A DNA stretch of 64,000 nucleotides. Source: Sedimentisphaerales bacterium (GTDB lineage Bacteria > Planctomycetota > Phycisphaerae > Sedimentisphaerales > SM23-30). The DNA lies in the NCBI GenBank assembly GCA_963663805.2, contig CAXXMR010000014.1, positions 1-64,000 on the forward strand, written 5' to 3'. Shown here in pieces: positions 19,179-28,666 of this stretch (the first letter of the stretch is position 1; each line of letters starts with the position of its first letter). The position numbers and the translations under genes are program-made. Under the pieces are notes generated by a model. It did no database searches, was not told the DNA's origin, and worked only from the letters and a program-made list of their open reading frames with translations.

Positions 19179-19694
19179 TTATCAAATGATTCCGGCAGTA
19201 TAAGTAATTGTTATGCTGTCGGTTTAGTTGCTGGCGAGAATAGCACATTTGGCTTTTGTGGTATACAAACTGGTGATACAGCTGAAATGCGGAATTGTTT
19301 CTGGGATACTGAAACCACCGGTCAGACTGTTGGTTATTGTCTTAGTCCATCAGATCCGGGGACGATAGATAATGTTCAAGGATTGGTAACCGCTCTAATG
19401 CAAACAGAAGTAACCTACACTAATGCCGGGTGGGATTTTCTGAATCTTTGGTGGATTAATGAGGGAAGAGATTATCCAAAGTTGGACTGGCAGCCTTACG
19501 GTGATCTGAATAATGACAGTTTAGTCAATTTATATGATTTAGCTGTTATGGCTGATGCTTGGCTGGCCGTTTCAGGCGAAGGGAACTACAACAGTGTTTG
19601 CGAACTTTCGGGCGATACATCGATTGATGTGGCAGATTTGTCAATTTTGGCGGAAATGTGGCTCGAAGGACCGCAGTTTCCACCGATTGAATAG
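19179..19694 (+). pseudogene. 5'-truncated remnant of a GLUG-repeat / dockerin-like secreted protein
   Basis: Frame opens after TGA (19176-78) with GSISNCYAVG, then CFWD.ETTGQ, AGWDF..W..YP.L and paired GDLN.D..VN..DL motifs; no signal peptide or N-terminal repeats. Confidence 0.7.
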
Positions 19695-19833
19695 CGAGAA
19701 ACTCATTACCTCGATGTGCAAATTAAGCTCTGTATGTACACGATAAAGTAGAAAGAGATTTGCCAAAGAGCGAATGGCTTGACATTCAAAGACGAAACCA
19801 TTTGAATAGTTGTCTTTAAATGAAAGAATATCA

Positions 19834-20325
19834 ATGAAAAAAGTGCAGACTCTCTTCTTTCTAATTATAGTGTTACTGGAAACATATTTTTTGTCTGGTT
19901 GCGCAACAGCTCCAAAGTTTTCGCCTGTCACATCTATTGAACAGGATAAGTCTTTAATATATTTATATGTCAAAGATCCAAGTCCATTTTCTATGTCGGC
20001 TGGAAGGATAAGGGTATGGGCCAATCAAGAACACGTAGCTGATATTGGTTTTAACGGCTATTTTCCATATATAACCGATCCTGGTGAAAAGGAGTTTGCA
20101 TATATGATTAAAGTTGACGCCTTAACATTTGGGCCAGCCGCCATATTGCAAAAGAAAAAGATATTTTCGAAGTTTTATGCTGAAAAAAATAAAACATACT
20201 ATCTCAAGTGGGATTGCTTTAAAGAGAAAATAGGTGTATTGATGGATGAGGAGAGTGCACTAAAAGAATTGGTGAAATATAAGCTGAAATCTGAGCCAGG
20301 GGGTGCTAAAAAAGATCAATGGTAG
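19834..20325 (+). CDS. Lipoprotein, DUF2846-like
   Basis: Lipobox LSGC; IYLY...NGYF...KTYYL pattern; paralog of the next gene. Confidence 0.7.
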   Translation: MKKVQTLFFLIIVLLETYFLSGCATAPKFSPVTSIEQDKSLIYLYVKDPSPFSMSAGRIRVWANQEHVADIGFNGYFPYITDPGEKEFAYMIKVDALTFGPAAILQKKKIFSKFYAEKNKTYYLKWDCFKEKIGVLMDEESALKELVKYKLKSEPGGAKKDQW

Positions 20326-20452
20326 TTAATTTACATAATCATTTCTGTATATGTTCATGGCAATATTATAATTAAGATTGAGAGTCCAGAAGAAAGAAAA
20401 TGAGAATAATTGTTAAAATAGAAACTAAGTCTTACTCAAGAAAGGTAAAACT

Positions 20453-20965
20453 ATGATGAAGAAAACTAGGTTTGATAAGAGGATGTTGCTAGTTCTTTTG
20501 ATGTTGGCAGGTGTATTTAATGTGATTGGATGTGCTGGTGGCGAAAAGTTTAAGCCAATTGAAAATATATCCTCCGACAAAGCCACGGTCTATATCTATA
20601 GACCAAGTACGGGACTATTTGGTGCTGGATATAATATCCAGATATATGTAAATGGTGAAATGATTGGCCTGCTCTCAAACAACGGTTATTGTTATTGCTT
20701 GTGTCCGGAAAAAAGTATTACAGTCTCTTATCGGCAAAACTGTAATGCTTTAGTATGGGGGCCGATAATTGCTCTAGCTGAAAGCAAACAAAAGCCTATG
20801 GAATTACTGTCTTTTGATGCCGAGGCAGGTGTGGAGTATTATTTGCATTTTTCCTATAATGCTGTATTGACGCAAAAGGATAAGGAAGATGCTTTACCGA
20901 AAATTAGAAAATGCAAACTTCAGAATTATAAAAATACAAGTCCAAAATCAAAAAGTCAGGATTAG
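20453..20965 (+). CDS. Lipoprotein, DUF2846-like
   Basis: Lipobox VIGC; ATVYIYRP...VNGE.IG.L.N.GY...AEAGVEYYL. Confidence 0.78.
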   Translation: MMKKTRFDKRMLLVLLMLAGVFNVIGCAGGEKFKPIENISSDKATVYIYRPSTGLFGAGYNIQIYVNGEMIGLLSNNGYCYCLCPEKSITVSYRQNCNALVWGPIIALAESKQKPMELLSFDAEAGVEYYLHFSYNAVLTQKDKEDALPKIRKCKLQNYKNTSPKSKSQD

Positions 20966-21017
20966 CTTATTTCCTGATGAGTGATATTGATATGTCAGAT
21001 TGGAAGGGTGATGAAAT

Positions 21018-21746
21018 ATGGAAGAACCTAACGCAATATTAATTAGCGAAACAGAAAATGATGAAGATATATCAAATCCGAAGGGGGGTTTTGCCAAAAT
21101 ACGTTTTGGCAAAAGATTGTGCTTGGTCGCAGGGGTGATTGCTATGATAATGTGTGCTGTAAACATTACATGGTATTTTGTCGCGGCTTTTTTTTGTGCG
21201 TTTGCATGTGCGTGGCTCGCAGCTCGGCTCAAAAGAAGTGTATTAGGTTTTTTTGTTTTAGGTTTGTTTTTTACGTACATAACCACTTTTGTTATGTTTT
21301 TCTTAAAGGAAAAAGTCATTCGAGATAATGGAACAGGAAAAGGTGAATATGAGCAGAGTGAAAACCTGCGGGTGGGTTCAATTAAGAAGCAAAAAAAGCG
21401 TTCGTTTTTGGATAAACTTGAAGATAAACTGCAAAATCGAATCAAGGGTAGAGTTCGGTGCCCTGAATGTAGAAGTAGTATTTTTCCAGTGAACAATGGA
21501 GATACCAGAGCAATGTGTCCTTCCTGTGACTACATTCTCAAGGGGAGGGAGATTGTATCTAGGCCCATTCGACAGATTATCTTTGGAGTCCTTGAGTGCA
21601 TAATTGGTTATTCTATAATTCTCGCAGACCCAGAAGCTGAATCACCATTTGCTATTTTAGGACTTATCTTTTTTCAGGGCCTTTTTTTTATCATTAAGGG
21701 AGGAATATATACATGGAGGGTATTAAAGAAAAATCAATACTATTGA
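21018..21746 (+). CDS. Membrane protein with zinc-ribbon (CPEC..CPSC)
   Basis: 242 aa; several hydrophobic segments flanking two CPxC motifs. Confidence 0.7.
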   Translation: MEEPNAILISETENDEDISNPKGGFAKIRFGKRLCLVAGVIAMIMCAVNITWYFVAAFFCAFACAWLAARLKRSVLGFFVLGLFFTYITTFVMFFLKEKVIRDNGTGKGEYEQSENLRVGSIKKQKKRSFLDKLEDKLQNRIKGRVRCPECRSSIFPVNNGDTRAMCPSCDYILKGREIVSRPIRQIIFGVLECIIGYSIILADPEAESPFAILGLIFFQGLFFIIKGGIYTWRVLKKNQYY

Positions 21747-21764
21747 TGTGAGGCAATAGGCACA

Positions 21765-22030
21765 AGGGGCAGGTTTCACCTTTGGCGAGGCTAAATCTTG
21801 ACAATTCTGTACATCCTGTCCCTGAATTAGAAGTCAGACCTCAGATATCAGAAATCAGTAGAAAAGAACTGTATCCGCAGATTTCGCCGATTAAACAGAT
21901 TAAAGAATCCGCGGATAAATCAGAAGTCAGAGTTCAGCCCTCAGCAGTACCAAGAAGTTGATGAATAAGGCATATTTAAAAAGTCTTATAACTGACATCT
22001 GACGTCTTATATCTGATTTCTAACTGCCAG
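21765..22030. repeat. Modular intergenic repeat (heptamer arms, CCGCAGATT module)
   Basis: AAGTCAGACCTCAGATATCAGAAATCAG, CCGCAGATTTCGCCGATT and inverted arm CTGACATCTGAC..TCTGATTTCT. Confidence 0.7.
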
Positions 22031-22037
22031 TCTCATA

Positions 22038-22373
22038 AAATCAGCTTGCAAGATACTGAAATCACCCTGCTGGCCGATAACTCCAATCTGCTTTGGAGTA
22101 AAGTCAATTGACTTTGTTCCAAAGTGAATTGACTTAGCCCCTAAGTAGATTGACTTAGCTCCCAAGTAAATTGACTTAGCCCCTAAGTAGATTTACTTTG
22201 CTACCAAGTAGATTTACTTCGTTACTAAGTAAATTGACTTTGCTCCTAAGTAGATTGACTTTGCTCCCAAGTAAACTTACTTAGCCCCTCGGCAGACTTG
22301 CTTGGTTTCTCGGTAGACTGACTTAGTTGCTGAGCGGGCTTGCCGGGCTGCTGGTTAGATCGGCTTAATTGCC
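22038..22373. repeat. 21-bp tandem array with 14-bp palindromic core
   Basis: Nine well-conserved units from 22101 (AAGTNNAYTKACTT + 7 nt) with degenerate units on both sides. Confidence 0.9.
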
Positions 22374-22416
22374 GGGTGAGTTAAGAAAGTTCCAAATCAA
22401 TTTCACTAACCGCTGT

Positions 22417-23262
22417 CTATGATTTTATCGTCTTCAAAATATTCTCCCCACAGTCCCCTCTCCTCAACGTCAGTTCAACCACTTCCGCCGGGCAAAAAGT
22501 CCTCAGCGGTATAAGCGACTTACCCAACCCGCGATTGGTATAGAAATAACTCTCGCCGAACTTATGCAGACCGCGGCAATATTTCCCTTTAATCAGACTG
22601 TGCGTAATCAGCGGCCTGCCGCCCGGCAGACACAACTGCCCGCCGTGCGTATGACCTGCCAATACCAAATCCACCGAACCCGCCGCTAATGCCTCGAACA
22701 TCTCCGGATAATGGGCCAGTCCAATCGTAAACAAACCATCTTCGATACCAGCCAGTGCCCGCGGAATATCAGCATCAAAACGAGTCAGGCAATAAAGCCC
22801 CAAAAGATTCAACCGCCCTTTGTTCTCGATCTCCACCTGCCGTGCCTCGTTTTCCAGCACCTCAATCCCCGCCTCACGCACCCCCGCGATAAACTCGTCC
22901 GGGTCATGATTACCCTGAATCGCCCACATCGGCCCATCAAACGCGTCCCGAGCCTTTACATAAAAATCAATCCCCCGTTCAACCCGCGGCCTGCTAAAAT
23001 AACCCCGCCAACCCAAACCACCGGGCCGATTCTCAAAAAGATTCCGCCGCCTGAAAATCGGATTGCCCAACGTAAAATCATAACAAACATCGCCCGTACA
23101 AAGAAGCATATCCGCCGAACTGTCCGCCAAAAATTCTAATAGACGACGTTCCCGCCGCCCCAGCCAGAAACAATGCACATCAGAAACATGCACTATACGC
23201 AGCCCCTCCAGCGCCGCCGGCAAATCAGGATAAAATAATGTCGCTTCTGTTATCTCAAACAA
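22417..23262 (-). CDS. Calcineurin-like metallophosphoesterase (YkuE-like)
   Basis: SDVH, TGD, GNHD, AH.P, GHTHGGQ motifs. Confidence 0.9.
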   Translation of the reverse strand: MFEITEATLFYPDLPAALEGLRIVHVSDVHCFWLGRRERRLLEFLADSSADMLLCTGDVCYDFTLGNPIFRRRNLFENRPGGLGWRGYFSRPRVERGIDFYVKARDAFDGPMWAIQGNHDPDEFIAGVREAGIEVLENEARQVEIENKGRLNLLGLYCLTRFDADIPRALAGIEDGLFTIGLAHYPEMFEALAAGSVDLVLAGHTHGGQLCLPGGRPLITHSLIKGKYCRGLHKFGESYFYTNRGLGKSLIPLRTFCPAEVVELTLRRGDCGENILKTIKS

Positions 23263-24289
23263 TATCCGCCCACCTCGCTGCGTAATTGCCTTTGGTCACC
23301 AAATCAATAATATACCCCGCCAGCTTTACACAGTTGAACTCCGCGTGAATATGTTCCATACCCGCCCGCGCAATCTTCCGCCGCGAAACATCATGCCCCA
23401 AATAATAGTCTATCAAATGCTCGCACTGCTCGACAGTATCAAAATAAACGATATGCCTGCCGTCCTCAAACATAAGCTCACTGCCCGGCACCCGCTTAGC
23501 CAGAACAAAAGCACCGCAAGCCAGAAGATGCGTCAGCCGGTCCGAATGATAATACTTCACCTCGTTAAACGCGTTTATACTCAACGCTATCTTCGCCCCG
23601 CAAATCGCTTGCAAATAATCTATCCCCTCAATCGGCGGCTTACCCAGACAGCCCCACGTTTTCATATCCTTCGTCTGCGTCAGCCGCTTGACCAACTCCG
23701 CCCGCATCGGATCCTGCCCCCGCAAACTATGCGAGATTTTCCCCGTAAACATAACATCGCTCTGCCAACCCTCACCAACCTCACGCCAATACTCAACCGC
23801 CGGATTGCAGTAATTCGGAATAAACGCACAACACTTAACTCCTGCCTCCTTATACCGCCGCAAAACCTCGCCCCCGCTCGTCGCGACCATCAAATCGCAT
23901 TCCTTAGCAACATCCAAAACCCGCTCATCAGTCCCCACGCACAAATCACCATAACGACAAACATATATCGCCTTGGGACACGCCTCCCGCAACCGCCGAA
24001 TCGTATCCCCGTCAACATACTTAAAACTCGTCACCACCATATCCGGCTGATAATTCCGCCCCGTCTGAGCCAGCATTTCATCCGTCCGCCCCTTATAAAA
24101 CCGCAGCATCCATTTTTTGCTCTTGAACGGACTCATGCCTTCCAGAATATCGGCATAACTAAAATCCATCACATCGTGCCCGTTGCAAATGAAACCCTTA
24201 TAAAGTTTCCGCGGGTTATTCCATATCGCTCGCGCCGCCCCGCCCCGAAAATCTCCTATCATCAATATCCGCATAGGCCTTGCCATCAA
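23255..24289 (-). CDS. Glycosyltransferase, CgeB / Glyco_trans_1_2-like
   Basis: SDVMFTG, AKIALSIN, SDR...LACGAF, R.KIA.AG pattern. Confidence 0.8.
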   Translation of the reverse strand: MMARPMRILMIGDFRGGAARAIWNNPRKLYKGFICNGHDVMDFSYADILEGMSPFKSKKWMLRFYKGRTDEMLAQTGRNYQPDMVVTSFKYVDGDTIRRLREACPKAIYVCRYGDLCVGTDERVLDVAKECDLMVATSGGEVLRRYKEAGVKCCAFIPNYCNPAVEYWREVGEGWQSDVMFTGKISHSLRGQDPMRAELVKRLTQTKDMKTWGCLGKPPIEGIDYLQAICGAKIALSINAFNEVKYYHSDRLTHLLACGAFVLAKRVPGSELMFEDGRHIVYFDTVEQCEHLIDYYLGHDVSRRKIARAGMEHIHAEFNCVKLAGYIIDLVTKGNYAARWADIV

Positions 24290-25392
24290 ACCACCAGACG
24301 ATTATCTTCCAGAAAATGATAAATATCCTCAACACCCGCCCCGACCGGTATCTCAACCACCCGACACTTCGCCCCCGCGAACGCCTGCTTGAATACCCTC
24401 GTGATACCTTCATACATCGCCCCCAATTCCGGTACCAGCTCCATCGCCCCGCAACTGTTAATCGCTATCGACATCTCCGCCAGTCCGTTAATTTCATCAA
24501 ACACCGTATTGGTCATCATTCGCCCCAGTTCATCCGCCTCGACCTCACGCAAATTAAAATCATTCAGATTCTGCCGCCGATACATCTGCACCACAGTTTT
24601 AACCTTGCCGGCATTACTCAGCTTTTCCTGGCCGAAAACCTTCTCAGGCCCAACCCACCGAACTATCCGCCCCGGCTTCTTGAAAGGCGCCAGCGCCTTC
24701 CACAACATTTTATCGCCCGCCGACGCCTGCTCAAACAACCGCTCCGTCAACTGCGGACAATGTATCTGATGATATTTATAAATGTGCATCGGCAGCGGAT
24801 GGATACTCAGCTCGCCGTCACTGTCAACCACACAAAAATCATCCGAAATAAAATTCCACCCCCGCTCCAGATACATACTCATTATCCCCGTCTTGCCGAC
24901 CCCGCCCCAGGCCGAGAACATTACCACATCCCCATCCTTTTCAATCGCACTGCTGTGGGCAAACGTGCAACCCTTACGCAAAAGCGCAAGCTCCACCAGC
25001 GGCATATAAACATAAAAAATAAACCGCTTTACAAAATGCAAATACCCGCCCCGTCCATGCGTATGCATAAACCGCCAGTCCTTACGCAGCCGCAGCAGAA
25101 AATCCTTATGCCCACCCAACCGACGCTGCTCAACCAGCACCTTACCCACACTCACATCGCAAACAAACCGACGATCCTTAAATCGAAAACGCTCAGAACC
25201 TATCAGATAATCGCCCAGCCGGGAATAAACCTCGTCATTACCCCAGCCGACCAGGCCATCCCGAAATTCAAATACTAAATCCGCCATACCTTCAGATTTA
25301 ACCAATTCAAACAACCCGCGAATCTCATCCGCGACCCGGCCCGAACCTTCAAAAGCGATTTTCAATTTACCAACACTATATACCATATACAC
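24286..25392 (-). CDS. HPr-kinase-like P-loop protein
   Basis: HSSAI...SAWGGVGKT...FISDD. Confidence 0.65.
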   Translation of the reverse strand: MYMVYSVGKLKIAFEGSGRVADEIRGLFELVKSEGMADLVFEFRDGLVGWGNDEVYSRLGDYLIGSERFRFKDRRFVCDVSVGKVLVEQRRLGGHKDFLLRLRKDWRFMHTHGRGGYLHFVKRFIFYVYMPLVELALLRKGCTFAHSSAIEKDGDVVMFSAWGGVGKTGIMSMYLERGWNFISDDFCVVDSDGELSIHPLPMHIYKYHQIHCPQLTERLFEQASAGDKMLWKALAPFKKPGRIVRWVGPEKVFGQEKLSNAGKVKTVVQMYRRQNLNDFNLREVEADELGRMMTNTVFDEINGLAEMSIAINSCGAMELVPELGAMYEGITRVFKQAFAGAKCRVVEIPVGAGVEDIYHFLEDNRLVV

Positions 25393-25428
25393 TCACGAAT
25401 AATTCATACTTTTTATACAATATCGCTC

Positions 25429-27243
25429 TTATTTTTTGCCTAACGATTTGACATAAGGATTGCCCTGTTCATAAAGAGCAATCCGCGTCGCAATGTCATC
25501 CGCCAAAGCCTGAACCTTAGCCGCCACCGCCATATCCGCCGCCTTGCCAGCGGTCTTAACGGCATTTTCAAAATCGCCGTTGGCCGCCTGAACAATCGCC
25601 AGAGTATCCAGCAGACCAGGATGTTTATTTTCGGTCAGTTCACAAGCCTGCGTAATCCGTTTCAACGCCAGAGAAGGATTATAAAACTTCGCCGACGGGT
25701 CAACCGCACCCAGCCACGCCAGATTATTCAAAATCTGAACCATATCATATTTCAAAGCGATAGCCTGTTCCCAGTTCGCAACCGCCTGAGTGTAATCACC
25801 TTCCCGGAAATATTTCTCGCCCAAAACCACAAATTTAACTACCGGGTCAACTTCCTGCCCATCGAAAATCCGCACCACCGTCCCCCACGACTTCTGAGGA
25901 GCAGTCCTCTCAGTTGCCTGACCAGAACCAGCCTCAGCCGCAACCCCGCCGCTGCCGTAAACAGCAAAAGAATGTTCCTGAGACTGATAATTTAAAACCT
26001 CACCGTTCAGCGGGTCCACAGGCAGAGCGGATATATAATCCGGCACCAGCAACTCAAGATTTTCCGGCAGAGATTGCCAGCTCTCATAATATCCCATCAC
26101 CGCCACCGCTGCCTGGGCACAACCCAGACGCGTGACGGTTTCATTGGTCAACTTACAAACGGTTGCAAAGGATTCATAAATCGCCCGGACCGCTTCGTCA
26201 CCACCGGCCTGCTGAACCAAACCATCAACGGCCTGACAAGCAGCCGGCCAGTCAGCCTTCATCACCTCAGAAACCGCCGCCAGAGACCGCAAATAAGTAG
26301 CGTACATGCCCCGAACTTCAACTATCGGGTCCGTTGACTCCACAGCTTCAGCCGGCACAGACATCCCCGCTGCCCGTAAAATTTCTAACGAACTGCCCGG
26401 CATATACTTTGCCATCAAACCAAGCTGCCATATCCGCTCGCCAACCAATAATCTGGGCACACCTCCAATGAGGTCAATTCCCTGCAAGCCCTCCTGCAAA
26501 CGCTTCGTATCATTACTGCCGGGCCTGCCAAATTCCAAAATCATCCGTGCATCATTAGCCGCCAGAATCAGACCCGTCATCCGTGCCTCCCAAGCCATCA
26601 CCGCTGGTCGACGGCCATACACCCGGTCAAGCCTCAGCAGGCTCAGCACCGAATCAATCGCCAATTTGGTCTTACCATCAACTATGAGAAGCGAAGTACG
26701 CACCGAAATCAGATTCGCGGCAATCTTCAGACGCTTCAGATTTTCCAACACAACCTCCAGCCCCAAATCCATCTGGAGGTCATAACCACAGCCCTCCAGC
26801 CGGGCCGCCTCATCTATAAGAGCCAAAACATTGCCGTACTTAGCGACAATAGCCCCGGTATTTTGCATCACCTGCTCAGAAGGCTTTGCCAGCGGCATCG
26901 TACCAAGCCCCTGACGCCACTGACCAACCACAGCCTGCAACTGTTCAATATCCACATCCTTGAGCAGTTGAATCGCCAGGGTATATTTTTCAGTTGAGTC
27001 ATGCCCGCTGGAAACCACAGAATTTTTCTTGTCAAATTCGGCAAAACTAAGTGGCCCACCCGATTCCTTAATTGCCATAAGTTCCGCGTTAATAGCCCCT
27101 TCCGCCTTATTATCACGAACTATACGAATCACGTACCGTACCGCGATATAGCTGGTCATAACCAGCAGAATGACAAACAAAATCCGACGCCACAAAGGCA
27201 AAGGAAGTTTTTCCGGCTTCTGAGATTCCATATTTTCGCTCAT
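25429..27243 (-). CDS. Membrane-anchored protein with C-terminal TPR repeats
   Basis: N-terminal TM; LNNLAW, LDTLA...G.F..AV TPR motifs. Confidence 0.75.
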   Translation of the reverse strand: MSENMESQKPEKLPLPLWRRILFVILLVMTSYIAVRYVIRIVRDNKAEGAINAELMAIKESGGPLSFAEFDKKNSVVSSGHDSTEKYTLAIQLLKDVDIEQLQAVVGQWRQGLGTMPLAKPSEQVMQNTGAIVAKYGNVLALIDEAARLEGCGYDLQMDLGLEVVLENLKRLKIAANLISVRTSLLIVDGKTKLAIDSVLSLLRLDRVYGRRPAVMAWEARMTGLILAANDARMILEFGRPGSNDTKRLQEGLQGIDLIGGVPRLLVGERIWQLGLMAKYMPGSSLEILRAAGMSVPAEAVESTDPIVEVRGMYATYLRSLAAVSEVMKADWPAACQAVDGLVQQAGGDEAVRAIYESFATVCKLTNETVTRLGCAQAAVAVMGYYESWQSLPENLELLVPDYISALPVDPLNGEVLNYQSQEHSFAVYGSGGVAAEAGSGQATERTAPQKSWGTVVRIFDGQEVDPVVKFVVLGEKYFREGDYTQAVANWEQAIALKYDMVQILNNLAWLGAVDPSAKFYNPSLALKRITQACELTENKHPGLLDTLAIVQAANGDFENAVKTAGKAADMAVAAKVQALADDIATRIALYEQGNPYVKSLGKK

Positions 27244-27595
27244 ATCAGCTCCTGTCTTCTTATCTAAAATACTTCAAATCGACCTGACAATCTACCATAC
27301 CCCACCAGAATTCAACAGCAATTTATTCTTTATCGACAACCTGACCAACCTGACCCCAAATATTGACTAATATACATAACACTCGTGATAACAAAATATT
27401 AAATCTATTCAAATACCACCAGTATCTTGTAATAACCGTTATATATACATTTTTAACAAACATTAAACTTACCCAATTGACAATTCCCCTTTTCCCTGCT
27501 AGTATTAGGGTGATTTATCCGTAATACTTATTCATTTTGTACAACATGGTTTTGGTTTTTAGTGAGCCGTAAAAAAAACACGGGAACTAATTTTT

Positions 27596-28666
27596 ATGTC
27601 TAAAATCAGCGAAAGTCATTTTAGCAAAATAGACCAGACGGACAATCTGGCCGAGCTGGTCCAGCAAACACGCCAGAACCTGCATCTGCTCCTGGAAAGC
27701 GCCGACGATGTCATCGCAATCCACGACCTCGAATGGCGTTATCTCTATTTCACTTCGCCGCCCAGATTCCACATTCAGCCCCAGAACATCCTCGGCAAAA
27801 CCTGTCAATGCCTGCTCTCTGAAGAAGAATCACGGATAATCGAACAAAATCTCGAAAAAGTCACCCGCACCGGCCAAAACCTCACCGTCGAAAGAAAAAT
27901 CTTCTGGGAAGGCAAGACCATCTGGTTTTCAGACCACCTCTTTCCCCTCCAGAATCAGCAAGGCCAGATTGTTTCTATCGCCAGAATCTGCCGCGACATC
28001 ACCGAACGGAAAAACGCCGAGCTCAAGCTCAAAGAATCACTCGAAGAAAAAGAACTCCTCCTCCGCGAAATCCACCATCGGGTCAAAAACAACCTCCAGC
28101 TTATCTCATCACTGCTCAGCCTGCAAAGTTCTTTCAGCTCAGAACTTAACACCGACAAGGCCCTCGAACAATGTCAAGGACGCATCCGAACCATCGCCCT
28201 GGTCCACGACAGCCTCTACCAATCCGACAACCTGACCAGAATTAACCTCGCCGATTATGCCCAGAGGCTCGCCAGCGAAACCTTTTACGCCTTCAGCCTC
28301 GACCCCGAATCGATCTCGCTAATCTGCGATTGCGACCCCGTTATCCTGAATATCGACCAGGCAATACCATGTGGGCTGCTGATTAACGAATTAATTTCCA
28401 ACGCCTGCCGACACGCATTTGCCCCAGGACGGCTGGGACGCATAGAGTTGAACATAAGTAACAGCCCTGAAAACAATATTAACATCGTCGTCTCAGATAA
28501 CGGAATAGGACTGCCTGACGGAATTGACCTCGAAAAACCCATGACACTGGGGTTCACACTGGTCAAAGGACTCATAAGACAATTAAATGCAAAAATGACT
28601 CTTGACGTAAACCACGGCACTTGTTTTATTATAGGATTTGGCAGAGCCGATGGCACGGAAGAATGA
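27596..28666 (+). CDS. PAS-domain sensor histidine kinase (HisKA_2 type)
   Basis: [26 protein letters not shown]. Confidence 0.92.
   Translation: MSKISESHFSKIDQTDNLAELVQQTRQNLHLLLESADDVIAIHDLEWRYLYFTSPPRFHIQPQNILGKTCQCLLSEEESRIIEQNLEKVTRTGQNLTVERKIFWEGKTIWFSDHLFPLQNQQGQIVSIARICRDITERKNAELKLKESLEEKELLLREIHHRVKNNLQLISSLLSLQSSFSSELNTDKALEQCQGRIRTIALVHDSLYQSDNLTRINLADYAQRLASETFYAFSLDPESISLICDCDPVILNIDQAIPCGLLINELISNACRHAFAPGRLGRIELNISNSPENNINIVVSDNGIGLPDGIDLEKPMTLGFTLVKGLIRQLNAKMTLDVNHGTCFIIGFGRADGTEE

Noticed and set aside
22073..22080. GCCGATAA sigma28 -10 box in front of the array core
   Set aside because: No properly spaced -35, and it falls within a degenerate array unit; may be chance.
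22038..22373. CRISPR array or heptad-repeat ORF
   Set aside because: Spacers are only 7 nt and resemble each other, there are no cas genes, and the frames contain repeated stops with no start.
23345..25278. Long + strand ORFs (324 and 332 aa), and similar ones at 9139-10059, 33974-35164, 57432-58322 and 58752-59984
   Set aside because: Antisense shadows of well-supported genes, with biased composition and no motifs.
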